64,000 bases of DNA from Marsupella aquatica (GCA_973895155.1 OZ316896.1:3572738-3636737); one strand, 5' to 3'. Positions 36,314-49,690 are shown, numbered from the stretch's first letter. Translations and numbers: made by a program. The notes: generated by a model from the sequence alone, not told the origin.

Positions 36314-37122
36314 TCTGCCCTTCCCTTTATCCTGAGTAAATAAATGGCTCGCTGGCGCGTTCAATCGATCTGCTGTCTTTGAAACACGGGCTAAGACCAG
36401 GCACCCTCGGAGAACTGCCGACCTAGGGCGTGATGTGATGCAGGGTTCTCTGCCACCGACTTTTCTCCGACAAAGTGAAGGACACCAAAAATCATCGATA
36501 ATAAACCACAGGACTCACGCCTTGAAGCCAAAGAACGCTGCGGCATGGAATTCGTGTTCCTGAGCATGACTCTAGAGGAAGAAGATCGTTTCAGTTCCCG
36601 TTTCCCTCTTCTCACAACAGATCCATGCTTCCTCGATCATCCCTGCCCCGCCCCGCATCGTCAACTTACTGTTACATCCCCATTTCACTGCGCACCTTTG
36701 CCATCACGTCAATCCCCACCATCGCCTACTAGCAATCCACCCCACACTGCCCGAAACGCCAGCACCAACATAGAGGAATTGCAATGTGATGTTTCGACAC
36801 ATTCCTGAGATCGACACATTCCTATGCGCTTTCAGGACATTCTTCGGGCCGTCATCCACAGCAATCGAGAAAACGAAACGGTACAGCCTCCGAATTTTCC
36901 CCAGTCATTGGAGTGCTGTCAAGAATCACAATCGGCAGCAAAGACCCTACTCTTGAATCAGCAGCAGCAGCATTGTGGCGATGGTGGCTCGGTGCCAAAG
37001 AATAGAAGCATGGCACAATTTCAAATCGTCATGGCTCTTCTCAACAGTCGACTCGTTTCACTGCTTTGTCAACAGTCGACTCGTTTCACTCCTTTTTGCC
37101 CAAATTGTTTAGTGAACAATTT

Positions 37123-37838
37123 TGAACTTTCGGTGTTGTTAATAGGGGTCGCAAAGCTGAGAAATCACAGAGGTATTGAACTTTTTCACACCTTTCTCAC
37201 AACTTTTCACAACTTTTTCACAAGGTTACTGTAAATGTTTTTTCAATAGTTTCTTTCACCCCCGCCTCTAACTGCAGAGCAAGGCCAGAGGGTCACTAAA
37301 AACACATCACCCTCAAAGCAACACACCCAAGGAAACACCAAAAGTAGTCACCAATAGAGTGAACTTTCGGTGGTGTTAAGAGGGGTCTCAAAGCTGAACG
37401 ATGGTATTGAGCCATCAATAACTTTTTCACAACTTTTTCACAAGGTTAATGTAAATGTTTTTTCAATTTTTTCTTTCACCCCCGCCTCTGGAGAGCAAGG
37501 CCAGAGGGTCACTAAACACACATCACCCTAAAACAACACACCCAAACAAACACCAAAAGTAGTCACCAATTGGGTGAACTTTAGGTGGTGTTAATGGGGG
37601 TCTCAAAGCTAAGAAATTACAGAACGATGGTATTGAGCAGTTAATAACTTTTTCACAACTTTTTCACAAGGTTAGTGTAAATTGTTTTTCAATTTTTTCT
37701 TTCAGCTCCGCCTCTAACTGCAGAGCAAGGCCAAAGGGTCACTAAACACACATCACCCTAAAACAACACACCCAAACAAACACCAAAAGTAGTCACCAAT
37801 TGAGTGAACTTAGGTGGTGTTAAGAGGGGTCTCAAAGC
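37123..37838. repeat. Tandem repeat, ~215-240-bp unit, about 3.1 copies, truncated by the LTR at 37839
   Basis: Units begin gaactt(t)..ggtg(g)tgttaa..ggggtc.caaagct at ~37123, 37361, 37576 and 37806. Confidence 0.88.
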
Positions 37839-40800
37839 TGTTGAGCATAGACGACGATCGCAACGGCAAGCCCATGAACCATCCAACGCACAATAGTCGA
37901 CACAAGAGATACGTGGTTCACCTCCTTGAGGCTACGTCCACGGGAACATACAAGAGAGCTTTACTGAACTCTAAGCCCGTCGGCTATACCGAGTCTCCAC
38001 AGTGTAAGCTCTCCCTATCTCTCAAGTGGCTCCATAACAATGAGCCTTGGTTCTACTTCTCCAAGCACACATGCCTCTTATGATATAGTGTGCAACTTAG
38101 TTGTACCTAACCACGTAGTTATACCTAACCACATAGTTGTACCTAATCACGTAGTTGTACCTAACCACGTAGTTGTACCAACCCACGTTGTTGTACCAAC
38201 CACGTCATACCTAACCTAGACGTAAGAGTAAATACCCAACAATCTTCCCCTTGACTCTGGTGTAGGGGAGAGTAATACTGCCAATGTATATGATCCCTCA
38301 GCGGGAAGTTCTGGACAGAAACCAAACCGGTTTCCCTCTCTAACTAGAGCAAACCAGAACTAAGCCGTAGCCTAATACATAGGAATGAGGAAGAGCATAT
38401 ATCAGTAATTATAATGAATGTTAAGAAAACTCTACTTGTGATGCAATTGCAAAACCTGCAATACGTCACGGTGTCTAGAGAAACTCTCCAAAGGAATCAC
38501 TTTGGTAAATGCGTCAGCCGGGTTGAGTTTACCATCAATCTTGACTAGCTCAAACAAATTATCAGACACAGCCTGCTTGATAAAATGGTACCTGACGTCA
38601 ATGTGCTTCACTCTGCTGTCCATCACCTGGTTCACAGCAAGGTGGAGCGCACTTTGACTATCACAATGGAGCTTCACATTCCCCTGTGGCAATCCTATTT
38701 CAGTGATAAGTCTATCCAACCAAATCACTTCCTTTGCTGCTTCCGCAGCTGCAACATACTCCGCTTCTGTAGTAGACTGAGCAATACCCTTCTGCAAAGT
38801 AGATCTCCAACTTATGCATCCATCACCAAGTGTGAACACGTATCCTGTTGTTGATCTCCTTCGGTCCAAATCTTGTCCATAGTCAGAATCTACATAGCCA
38901 ATCAATGATTTAGCATTCTTTGCATTCGCATCAAATAAAAGACCATGATCCACGGTACCTTTCAAGTACCTGATAATCCACTTCACTGCTTCCCAGTGTA
39001 CCTTCCCTGGATTCGACATGTACCTGCTCACCTTGCCCATAGCCATGGCAAGATCAGGTCTAGTGCAAGTCATCAAATACATGAGACTCCCCACTGCCTT
39101 GTCATACGGAACCTTTGACATCAACCCCTTCTCTGTGTCATCCGTAGGACAGAACGCTGATGATAACTTCAAGTGGGGAGCCAACGGGGTACTTACTGGC
39201 TTGCTATTCCCCATGTTGAACCTTGCAATTACCTTCCTCGCATAACTGCTCTGCGTCAACCATAGCTTGCCAGCCTCCAAGTCCCTAGTGATCTCCATAC
39301 CCAAAATCCTCTTAGCTGGCCCTAAGTCCTTCATCTTAAACTCTGCACTAAGCAGTGCCTTGAGCTTAACAATCTCAGACCTATCCTTGGCTGCAATTAG
39401 CATATCATCCACATAAAGTACTAAAACAATGAACCCAAAGACAACATTCTTTACCGATTTCAAATACACACAAGGGTCAAATACACTTCTATGAAAACCT
39501 TGTGACCGAATCCAATCGTCAAACCGCTTGTTCCACTGTCTTGGTGACTGCTTCAACCCATACAAGGATTTCAGCAATCTGCAAACCAATTCCTCCTGTC
39601 CTCTCTTCACAAAACCTAGCGGTTGTCTCATGAAGATCACCTCTTCCAATGTGCCATAGAGGAAAGCTGTGACAACATCCATCTGATCTAGGAGCAGACC
39701 AAACATTACAACAAGTACACACAATAGTCGTATTGTAAAGTACTTAGCAACTGGTGAGAAGACCTCATTGTAATCCACACCTTTCTCTTGTGTGAATCCC
39801 TTTGCTACCAATCTAGCCTTGTAGACCTTCGATCCACCTCCTATGGAATTATCCTTCAGCTTGTAAATCCACTTGCTGTCCACCACTTGCTGACCCTTAG
39901 GCAGCTTAACAAGCTCCCAAGTTTTGTTGTCCTTTAGTGACTGCATCTCCGTTTGCATTGTTGCAGTCCACTTCTGCTTCTCCTTTGAAGCACTTGCCTC
40001 ATGAAATGAAGAAGGTTCCCCTTCTTCCAAAGTTAACGCATCACCCTCATCATCAGCTGTAAAATCATCCTCTTGCAGTTGAGATGAATCAACCCACTGT
40101 CCATACCTTGGTGGAGCGCATACAGTGCGACCAGATGTTCTTCTAGCCGATGACTCTGGTTGATCTGCGTGTGCTGGTACAATTTGAAGCTCAACAGCAT
40201 CCACTTGCTGCTCACCAGCATCAACAAACTCCTCTGGTTCCTCTGGCACAGGAACCAGCTCCATAATTGGAGCAACTCCTTCTCTCCGGTCATGCACCTC
40301 ATAACCAATCTCCCCCTCAACAAGATCCGGGATAGGAGATTTTCCTTTGTCAGTACGGGAGACCTGAGTATTTTCCCCCTCCTTCAATAATCTGGATTCA
40401 TTGAAGGAAACATCCCTACTGACAACGAGCTTACAGGCAATAGGATCCCATAGCCTATAGGCTTTCACACCACTCTGGTACCCAAGAAAAACACATTTCC
40501 TGGAGGTAGGATCCAACTTGGTCCTATTCTGCTTTGGTGTGAGAGCATATGCATCACTTCCAAAAACTACCAAGCCATGATAGTCTGCTTGCCGCTTATA
40601 GCGCATCTCAAACGGCGTTTTGAAATTGATAGCACTAGAAGGAGAAAGATTTACCAAATAAGCTGCGGTATTGACAGCTTCTGCCCAAAATTCTTGTGGT
40701 AAACCTGATTGACTCAACATACTCCGTGACCGCTCCAACAGTGTCCGATTGAGCCTCTCAGCGACACCATTCTGCTGCGGAGTATAAACTGTGGGAGATG

Positions 40801-43800
40801 GCGAGTTATCCCCTGTTCTGAATAGTACTCTTCAAATTCCATTGAAGTGTACTCCCCGCCGTTGTCTGACCTCAGACTCTTCACCCTTGTATCCAAACAC
40901 TTGATTGTGTTTCCAGTCTGATTCTCCACCTGGGCCTTCCACTTCTTAAAAATGGACAAGACATCAGACTTATGCGTCATGAAATAAATCCACACAAATC
41001 TTGAGTAATCATCAATAAATGATACATAGTACAACTTTCCAGAGTGTGAGGGAGTCGGGGATGAACCCCACACGTCACTATGTATGTACTCAAGAATCGC
41101 TTTGGAACGATGAGTTCCAACACCAAAAGCACGACGATGCTGCTTTCCAAGAATGCAATGCTCACAAAACTTTAATTTACAAGATTGCAAATCAGAAATG
41201 AGTCCATTCTTCCGTAAGATAGCCAAACCCTTCTCACTCATGTGGCCTAGCCGTGAATGCCATAGTTGAGTCATCTCCTCGTGAGACTTGGTTACATTGG
41301 CCTCTCCACATACAGTATTGCCCTATAACACATACAAATTCTTTTGTCTACTCCCCTTCAAAATCATTGTCTCTCCCGACCTGACTTGAAGTTCACCATC
41401 AATAACGCTCCATTGATGACCATTTGAATCCAACACACCAAGTGAAATCAGATTCTTACGCATGCCAGGTACATACCTGACTCCGGATACTGTGCGCACA
41501 GCGCCATCAAACATTTGAATCTTCACAGACCCAATTCCCTCAATTTGACAGGAGTGATCATTTCCCATCAGAACTGAACCGTTTGAAACAGAGTAAGAAC
41601 TGAAAAACTCACGAATGTAACAAATATGAAAAGAGCAAGCACAATCAAGAATCCACACATCATCTGCTCTCCTAGATGACGTGCACAGGGCATACCCCCG
41701 GCTTCATAAAACATACTCATCATTGAGTAAATCAGCTTCTTCATCAGCCCTAGCCACATTTGCCGATGAAGTTTCCGCTGCCTTTCCCTTACAGTCTCGC
41801 TTGAAGTGTCCAACTTGGTTGCACTTCCAACATGTCACCTGCCTCCTCTGAGGGGATTTACCCTTGGACTTAGATCTGGATTTAGATCTAAACTGGGTTC
41901 TACGGTCCCCAGTTGGTCGCTGCATACTCCTCCCATGGTTAACATTGAGGGCAACACCAGATGATGAAGGCTGTGACGTGATGTGCATCTTCTGCTGAAG
42001 ATCATCACTAAGCAGAGAACTTACCACGTCATTGTATGAAATGGTATCCCTATCACGATGCAACAACACTCGTGATAGGGACTGGTAAGATGGAGGCAAT
42101 GAACTAAGAAGCTGCAGAGCCTTCGTCTCATCATTCAAAGTCTCCCCAAGGTTTTCCAAGTCAACGACCATGTCGTTGAAAGCATCCACATGGTCTTGCA
42201 ACATCGTACGAGATTCCTTCATCCTGAAACTCATCAGTTTGTAGGAAGTGTAGAGCCGGTTCGACAACTCCTTGCGGTGATACTTGCTCTGTAATTCCGC
42301 AAACAAGGACATGCAATCCTTATGTGCACCCAACTGCTTGATGATGGGAGGCATGAGATAGAGTGTAACACACCACACTCCCTGCTCCTGCATGTGGTCC
42401 CATTGTTTCTCATCAACATCGTCTTCACGAGGGCTCAGCAGTTGGCCCATCCCTGACGCATAGAGCACTCCCTTCACCTGCTTCTCCCATAGCAAGTAGT
42501 CAGAGCGCCCATCATACTTTGTCACTTCATACTTGGGTCCCCCAAGCTTGAAAGTCCCCATCTTCTTCGTTGGCACTACCGTGAGCTCCGGTAGTAGTAC
42601 TGCTTCCTCCACCACACGCCGCACCGGTGATGGTATTGGTGTCACGTGCTCTTCCTCCTGCTCCTCTCTCTACCCCTGAAACCTCCGCGGTGATCCTCGT
42701 GCTTCAAGTTCCACGTCTTCGAAAAACTCCTCCGAATCACTCATATGAGAAAATCACAAAAAATGTTGTTTTTCACAACTTCTCAAAACACTTGAAACTC
42801 ACACCGCCGCGTAGCCCACAAAGCTAGGAGTCCAATACTGAAAACCGAAATCAAAATCAAAATTTGACGGAAAAATTATTCAAATTTTGGTCGAGGTGGG
42901 TAAAACCTTGGGAAACTCCCCCGTTTTGACCACCTCACGGAATAACCGAAATACCAAGTACAACCCGTTGTCGGAATTGCGATGTGATTGGTGCGCCGCG
43001 TTGCCAACTTCAATGGCTACGACCTCGCCGAAAAATAACCAAAAAAGTTACCGTTCGGCGGATGAAATCTTTGTCGGACGGTCAAAAAACAGCTCTCTAG
43101 TTTTTTGGAATATTCTATGACCCTTGTACAGACCTTGTGAGAATTTTGGAAGAACAATCGAGGGGCTGACACGTGTCCTCGAACCCCCAAAACCCCCTAC
43201 CACCCTTCGTCGTCGATGTAACACACCACACTCCCTGCTCCTGCATGTGGTCCCATTGTTTCTCATCAACATCGTCTTCACGAGGGCTCAGCAGTTGGCC
43301 CATCCCTGACGCATAAAGCACTCCCTTCACCTGCTTCTCCCATAGCAAGTAGTCAGAGCGTCCATCATACTTTGTCACTTCATACTTGGGTCCCCCAAGC
43401 TTGAAAGTCCCCATCTTCTTCTTTACCGTGAGCTCCGGTAGTAGTACTGCTTCCTCCACCACACGCCGCACCGGTGATGGTATCGGTGTCACGTGCTCTT
43501 CCTCCTGCTCCTCTCTCTGCCCCTGAAACCTCCGCGGTGATCCTCGTGCTTCAAGTTCCACGTCTTGTCAACAACGAATGTTGATCAATTGCACTTGGTG
43601 CTGTCACCAAGTCCAACAAGGTAATTGATTTTGCTTAGCCTTCCTCTTTGCATCAAAGAGCCAATCCCGGACTCAAAAACAATCGTCTTGCCTCAATCTC
43701 TCCGTTGAGTCAAAACACTTGACGCTTCTCCCTCCGAGTCGATTGCCAACTTTCTTCACAAAATCCAGAACGACGAAAACTTAGATCTCTCTGCACCACA

Positions 43801-44334
43801 AGCTCCGTTCAACGATTTCTTCACACCGTTAGAAAACTCTTGCCCTGATCTATCCGTTGAGCCCATAAACTCCAAGTTCCATGCGATGGAACTCTGGAAA
43901 ATCCACCAACACTCAACGCTGGAAAAACCGTCATGAAATCCCGTCACGAACACACGTCACCTTCCAAGCATGCTCTGATACCAATTGTTGAGCATAGACG
44001 ACGATCGCAACGGCAAGCCCATGAACCATCCAACGCACAATAGTCGACACAAGAGATACGTGGTTCACCTCCTTGAGGCTACGTCCACGGGAACATACAA
44101 GAGAGCTTTACTGAACTCTAAGCCCGTCGGCTATACCGAGTCTCCACAGTGTAAGCTCTCCCTATCTCTCAAGTGGCTCCATAACAATGAGCCTTGGTTC
44201 TACTTCTCCAAGCACACATGCCTCTTATGATATAGTGTGCAACTTAGTTGTACCTAACCACGTAGTTGTACCAACCCACGTTGTTGTACCAACCACGTCA
44301 TACCTAACCTAGACGTAAGAGTAAATACCCAACA
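37839..44334 (-). mobile_element. Ty1/copia LTR retrotransposon (element B, Tork/Tnt1-like)
   Basis: LTRs 37839-38241 and 43986-44334 (TGTTG..CAACA), apparently identical except for 3 extra 18-bp units; PBS TGGTATCAGAGC (43972-43983); PPT next to 38242; no TSD (AAAGC vs ATATT). Confidence 0.95.
38432..42645 (-). pseudogene. gag-pol polyprotein of copia B (UBN2, CCHC knuckle, protease, integrase, RT, RNase H) with frameshifts and a stop
   Basis: CWKCNQVGHFKRDC, WILDCACSFH, HSDVWG..IDDYSR..RSDNGGEY, KARLVAKGF, LYVDDML, ADAFTK; frameshifts near 41700 and 40790, TAG at 41323. Confidence 0.93.
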
Positions 44335-44935
44335 ATATTTAAAGGTACCTGCCATTCCCAGAATCCATTGCCCAGAAGTAACCTTTTTCTGGACTCATAC
44401 CCCAACGGTGGTCTAGGCAAGGGTTCTAACCTAAACCATGTTCCCGGAAAGCTCAGAAAAGCTCCCTGGTTGCCGTTGGTCAGATGTTTTCACTTTCTGG
44501 TCACAAGTTGGTCACAAGTTAGTGACCCTAGACCAGACCCCATCAAGAACTATAATACAATGTTCCGCGCATTTTTACAGTGGTCGTCATTTGAATTTGG
44601 CGGGTGAAAAAAAACAAAACAGTAAAAAATGAAAGGAATAACAACCAAAACAATTCGTCTTTCCACTACTCTTCCTGCTACCATCTTCCATCGCCCTGCA
44701 GGCTCTATATCGGTACCACGACTTTTGTTCGCTTCCTGCAGTCGCAACTGTCACCCTCGCTCGCCTCCTCCTTTTCACTTGCTATATCACTCTGGCCGGA
44801 ACTTCCTGCCCCTCGCCTGATGCCCTGATGGTCCAGGCAAGTTGCCCCACCTGGCTTGCTACGTCGCCCGTGAGTGCGAGGACAGGCCTGGCCTGGCTCG
44901 CAGTGCAGCTTGCATGGCTGCCCAGGCTTGCTTGC

Positions 44936-45937
44936 ACCCTGAGTTAAATCTACATCAAGTTAATGCTCCCCCACTTTCCCGGGGCGCCGTACACTGCCCG
45001 TCCCAATCCCCGATGCTGCTGCCCGCTCCGGCCCAAGTTTGGGAGAACATAAACCAATACTCTAAGATTTAACGCATGCGCTCCTGCCCGATCGACTTTG
45101 CACCATCGACTGTGGGTTTATGTTTTGGCACATTCGCTCGCTCCAGCCCAAACGACTTAAGTTTGTGTCATCGACTTCTTCCTTGTGGAGTCGTGGTTTA
45201 TGTTCTGGCAACTCTTCTTTCCAACAGAGTTATATTTTCTTTGTAAGAGAGTCTAAGTGTTCAAGGCAAGCCTAGTACTTTGGTTAAGAGTCATGATTTA
45301 TAGAGTCTTGGTTTATGTTGTGCCAAATACTTATCCTCTATGGACTTGTGATTAATGTTTTGGCAACACTTCTTTCCAAGGGAGTGATGTTTGTTTAGTA
45401 AGTCAGTCTAAGCATTTAGGCACAACCTAGTATTTTGGTTAAGAGTCATGATTCTAGAGTCTTGGTTGATGTTTTTCCAAATGCTTCTTCTCGATGGAGT
45501 CATGGTTTATGTTCTGGCAACACTTCCTTCCGATGGAGTCATACCTATTTTGTAATAGAATCTAAGTGTTCAAGGGGAGCCTAATACTTTGGTTGAGAGT
45601 CATGATTGTTAGACTCTTGGTTTATGTTATGCCAAGTACTTATTCTCTATGGAGTTGTGGTTTATGTCTTGGCAACACTTATTTCCAAAAAGTTGATGAC
45701 ACAAAGTCGACCGGGCTGGAGCGGCCGACAAAAAGTGATGGGTGCCAAAACATAAACCCAAAGTCAATGGTGCAAAGTCGGTCGGACCGGAACACATGCG
45801 TTAAATCGTAGAGTATTGGTTTATGTTCCGCCAAACTTGGGTCGGAGCGGGCAGCAGCATCGGGGATTGGGACGGGCAGTGTACGGAGCCCCGGGAAAGT
45901 GGGGGAGCATTAACTTGATGTAGATTTCAGTCAGGGT
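44936..45937. mobile_element. 1002-bp non-autonomous MULE with ~240-bp TIRs and 9-bp TSD
   Basis: TIR ACCCTGAGTTAAATCTACATCAAGTTAATGCTCCCCC...; TSD cttgcttgc (44927-44935) / ctcgcttgc (45938-45946); internal tandem ggtttatgtt..ggcaac repeats. Confidence 0.88.
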
Positions 45938-46255
45938 CTCGCTTGCCCTTAAGCTGCCCTTCTTCTGCTCCTGCAATGGGTCCGGGCCCTTCGGCACAAA
46001 CCCCCCTAAGCCTGCATAGTGCCTTGGGCAGGTAATTAAAGCTCACGAGAGGAGCCCTGACTGCCCAGGCTTGCATGCCCCTGCCCTCTCTCCCCTGACT
46101 CATGCCCCTGCCATTTCTCCCTGACTCTTGCCCTTCCCTGGCTTCACGCATGCCCTGTCTCCCATGCATCTGCCCCCTCACACTTTGTACCCGATCCTGG
46201 GGTATTTCAGACCATTTCTTTGAAATAGGTACCCAATGTTGCTTTTACAGTAGGC

Positions 46256-46450
46256 AAGCTACATTACATGTCCTAGGATACACAGTACAGACAGTGCATA
46301 AAGTAGTTTTAGTATAAAGCTACATTACATGTCCTAGGATACACGGTACAGACAGTGCATAAAGTAGTTTTAGTATAAAGCATTAAATGAGAAACCAAGC
46401 TTTAGTACATGTGCTAGGGTAAGCGTATACATAGTGCATAAAACAGTTTT
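46256..46450. repeat. 61-bp tandem repeat (2 copies plus a degenerate third)
   Basis: aagctacattacatgtcctaggatacac.gtacagacagtgcataaagtagttttagtata repeated. Confidence 0.8.
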
Positions 46451-47282
46451 GGCATAGAGAATTAAAGGAGAAAACAAATTGACAATTGACATTTTTGGCA
46501 TGGAGGGAATAAAGGGGAAATGATCTACATCAGAAAGGTTTTGGCTCTTTGCTCTTCAATGGATTTTTCAATTTTTGGAGGTTAATGTTACCTTTTCTTC
46601 TCCCAAAAAAATCTCTTTTTTAATGGTGTTGGAGGGAAGAAAAAAGGGGAGGGATAGAAAGAGGCAGAGCAAAGAGAAAGAAAGGTAGTGCATGGGGGGG
46701 GGGGGGGGGGGGCAGAAAAAGGCAAAATATATAGCCGTTCTCTCCATATAGCATGGACCAACCCACCTGGATCCCACAATGCCTTGGATGTTCTTACAGG
46801 ACTTGCGCGCCCCCCTGGCCTCACCCTAACCGACCGTATTTAAATCCAATTTTCTGACTCGGCGGGGATTGCCAGGCCACCGGTCAACGACCTTTGCCAA
46901 ACCTCTTTTGGGTAAGGCCAGACCTTCCCCAACAACATCACTTTCACAACAACAACATCGGCTGAAATGTAAACATTGTCGCACCAACAACCTTGCACCT
47001 CAATAACACTTTTGCAACCATAACATGAGTACACACATGACACGGTTGGAACGACAATACTTCCCCAACAATTACATGGCCGCAATGACAATCCAATTGA
47101 AACAACAACTAACTTTCAAAACCACAACATAATTGTAGTGACAACCCAACTCAAGCACAACATAGTCAATCATAATGAGAATAGGGCTCCAAAGTCAACT
47201 TTGCCTCCACAATATTTTTTTTCCAGCCTGAATGACTTATCCACAACTCCTTTTGCACAATGACTTGATTTACTTAACGACA

Positions 47283-47695
47283 TCTATTCTACATCAATAA
47301 TTTTTGCACAATGACATATTTTGCGCATTGACATTTTTTCTCTCCTTGACATCTTTTCACTCCTTGACATCTTCTCCTCACCCCACTCCTCACCTCAAAT
47401 CTTTTCCCACCTCTACATCTTTTTCTCTCCTCAACATTCTTTTTGACCTCGACATCTTTTCCTCACCTCGACATCTTTTTGTCACCTTGCCATCTTTTTT
47501 CTTCCTAAGTAACATCTTTTTCTCACCTTGATGTCTTTTTCTTTCCTCAACATTCTTTCTCACCTCAACATCTTTTCCTCACCTCAACATCTTTTTGTCA
47601 CCTTGTCATCTTTCCTCTCCCTGACAACTTTTTATCGCCTCGGTCTTTTTCTCTCACATCAACATCTTTTGTGCAACGCATAGGCATCGGGCTAG
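47283..47695 (+). mobile_element. Non-autonomous Helitron-like element
   Basis: A|TCTATTCTAC 5' end; 3' gtgcaacgcataggcatcgggCTAG|T resembles the plant Helitron hairpin plus CTAG end; internal ~19-bp acatctttt..ctcacct repeats. Confidence 0.65.
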
Positions 47696-47996
47696 TTGCA
47701 ACCATATCTGTTTGTTCAAAGTATTTCTAGGGTTTGGAGGTCGAGGGTGCGAATGCTCGACAAGGGTTTAGGGTTTAGAGGAGGCCCTGGATGTTGAGGA
47801 TCCGTGAAGATGGATGGTCAGGATGCTTGAAAATCAGGCCATTTTTGTGGCTTCTGATTTCACCCAGTGGGACTAGCAGTAAGGGGTGTTGTAAATACTC
47901 AATAAACATTTGTGGATACTTACACAAATCTATTGCCCGGAAACTTGTGATGGGTAATCATTTAACTTCCCCATAATGCATTCAAGTATAGGATAA

Positions 47997-48396
47997 CTAG
48001 CGCGATGCCTGTGCGTTGCACAAAAGATGTTGATGTGTGAAAAGATTTCGAGATGAGGAAAACATATCAAGGTGAAAAAAGATGTCAATGAGAAAAAAAG
48101 ATGTTGAGGTGAGAGAAAAAGACCGTGGTGATAAAAAGTTGTCAAGGAGAGGAAAGATGACAAGGTGACAAAAAGATGTTGAGGTGAGAAAGAATGTTGA
48201 GGAAAGAAAAAGACATCAAGGTGAGAAAAAGATGTTACTTAGGAAGAAAAAAGATGGCAAACCAGGTGACAAAAAGATGTCGAGGTCAAAAAGAATGTTG
48301 AGAAGAGAAAAAGATGTAGAGGAGAGAAAAAGATGTAGAGGTGGGAAAAGATTTGAGGAGAAGATGTCAAGGAGTGAAAAGATGTCAAGGAGAGAA
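47997..48396 (-). mobile_element. Second copy of the same Helitron-like element, 5'-truncated, opposite orientation
   Basis: Minus strand ends gtgcaacgcacaggcatcgcgCTAG|T; inverted homology to 47338-47695. Confidence 0.65.
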
Positions 48397-49159
48397 CGGT
48401 TTAGGGTTTATTCAGAGTGTATTGTGGCTCTGAGCTCTCTTGTTTATATAGGTGAGTGAATTGAGTCCAAGAGTCAATCTAAAACCTGGTTGAGTGATCT
48501 TGGTCTTAGCTGGACTTTTCTAGTCAAGCAGTCTTATTAAGACCATTTGCACTCTCAGATTTAGAGTCTTATTAAGACCATTTGCACGTCTTATTAAGAC
48601 CATTTGCACGTACTCTCAGATTTAGAGTCTGTTGTTTGACTTAGATTCATGCACTCTCAAATCAAGACTTCTTTTGTTGCAAATTGGCTCAATTTAGCCC
48701 AAGAGTCTAGACCGGAAGGAGTGGTCTGGGTCTGAGTTTGAGTCTATGTAGACCTGGCTTCCTATGTAGACCCAAAGGAGTGGTTTGGGTCTGAGTCAAT
48801 TGTTTCCATTTTGTGGGATCTACTTAGAATGGTTTTAGACAGTACTTACTTTGACTGACACACCGCCCCATTCAAGAAAATCCAAAGCATCATAAATGGT
48901 ATGGTTAGGTTATCGAAGATGATAATATAAGACCAAGTAAGTCTATGAATTTGGCTCCTTAATTGGAGCGGTTTAGTAAGACCATCAGCAGGCATGTCTT
49001 TGGTAGATATATACTGCATGTCAATATTGCCTAATTAAACTTGTTCTCGAACATAATGTCAATCTCGATGTGTTTGGTTCGGGCGTGATGTTCTGGATTG
49101 ATTGTGAGAGACAAAGCAGGTTTGTTATCAACATAGAGTACTACTCGGTGGATGTCGGA

Positions 49160-49346
49160 ACTCGGGCCGGGGCCGGGACCGGGGGATGGGACCGGAGCCT
49201 GGACCAGGGATTTTGTCGGGCAATTTAGGCCGGGATGCTCGGGCCGGGAGAGGTTTGGGTCTTTCAGGGTCGGGCCGGTTCGGGCCGGGAGGTCATGGCC
49301 GGACCGGGACGGTCCGGGTGTCGACTTGCCGGTTGATGACCTCTAT
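49160..49346. mobile_element. Truncated hAT-MITE-like GC-rich segment
   Basis: Dense GGGCCGG/ACCGG repeats ending ccggttgatgacctcta (rc TAGAGGTCATCAACCGG); no matching left TIR or TSD found. Confidence 0.35.
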
Positions 49347-49690
49347 TTGCCGGGCGAGTCCAAACCGGGTTTCCAAGTTCCTTCAAGCGTAATCAATATT
49401 TTCTGTAGTGGACAATGTCTTCTGTAGTGGACTCCAAGAGTCCTGTCAGATGCGTAGGCCGATGTGGTGAAGGCGGACCTTAATCAGAAATAGATGTACC
49501 CCAAGTAGAACCAGCAGAGCACTCCCAGCATATATCTGAAGTTAAGAGTATTTATAAGCTGTGCGCAATAGCTTATATCATCAACTTCACTCAGCTATCA
49601 GACAAATTAATCAACATCGCCCTCGTTCTATCACTCAGCTTGTTCGACAGACCTGCTTCGATCCACATTTCCTTCATCGAAAGGCCCAGC

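Noticed and set aside
37814-38083. ORF duplicated at 43985-44230; likewise 19686/24117 and 55009/61612
   Set aside because: Incidental frames within LTR pairs.
38100-38206. Regular 18-bp repeats, superficially CRISPR-like
   Set aside because: Head-to-tail units without spacers, inside an LTR, in a eukaryotic context.
46694-46712. 19-nt G homopolymer
   Set aside because: Simple repeat in TE-like sequence; no supporting context, and length is error-prone.
49640-49690. N-terminal extensions of the GLP ORFs given in the track (also 25701-25727)
   Set aside because: They rely on non-ATG starts; the ATGs at 49691 and 25700 give aligned signal peptides.
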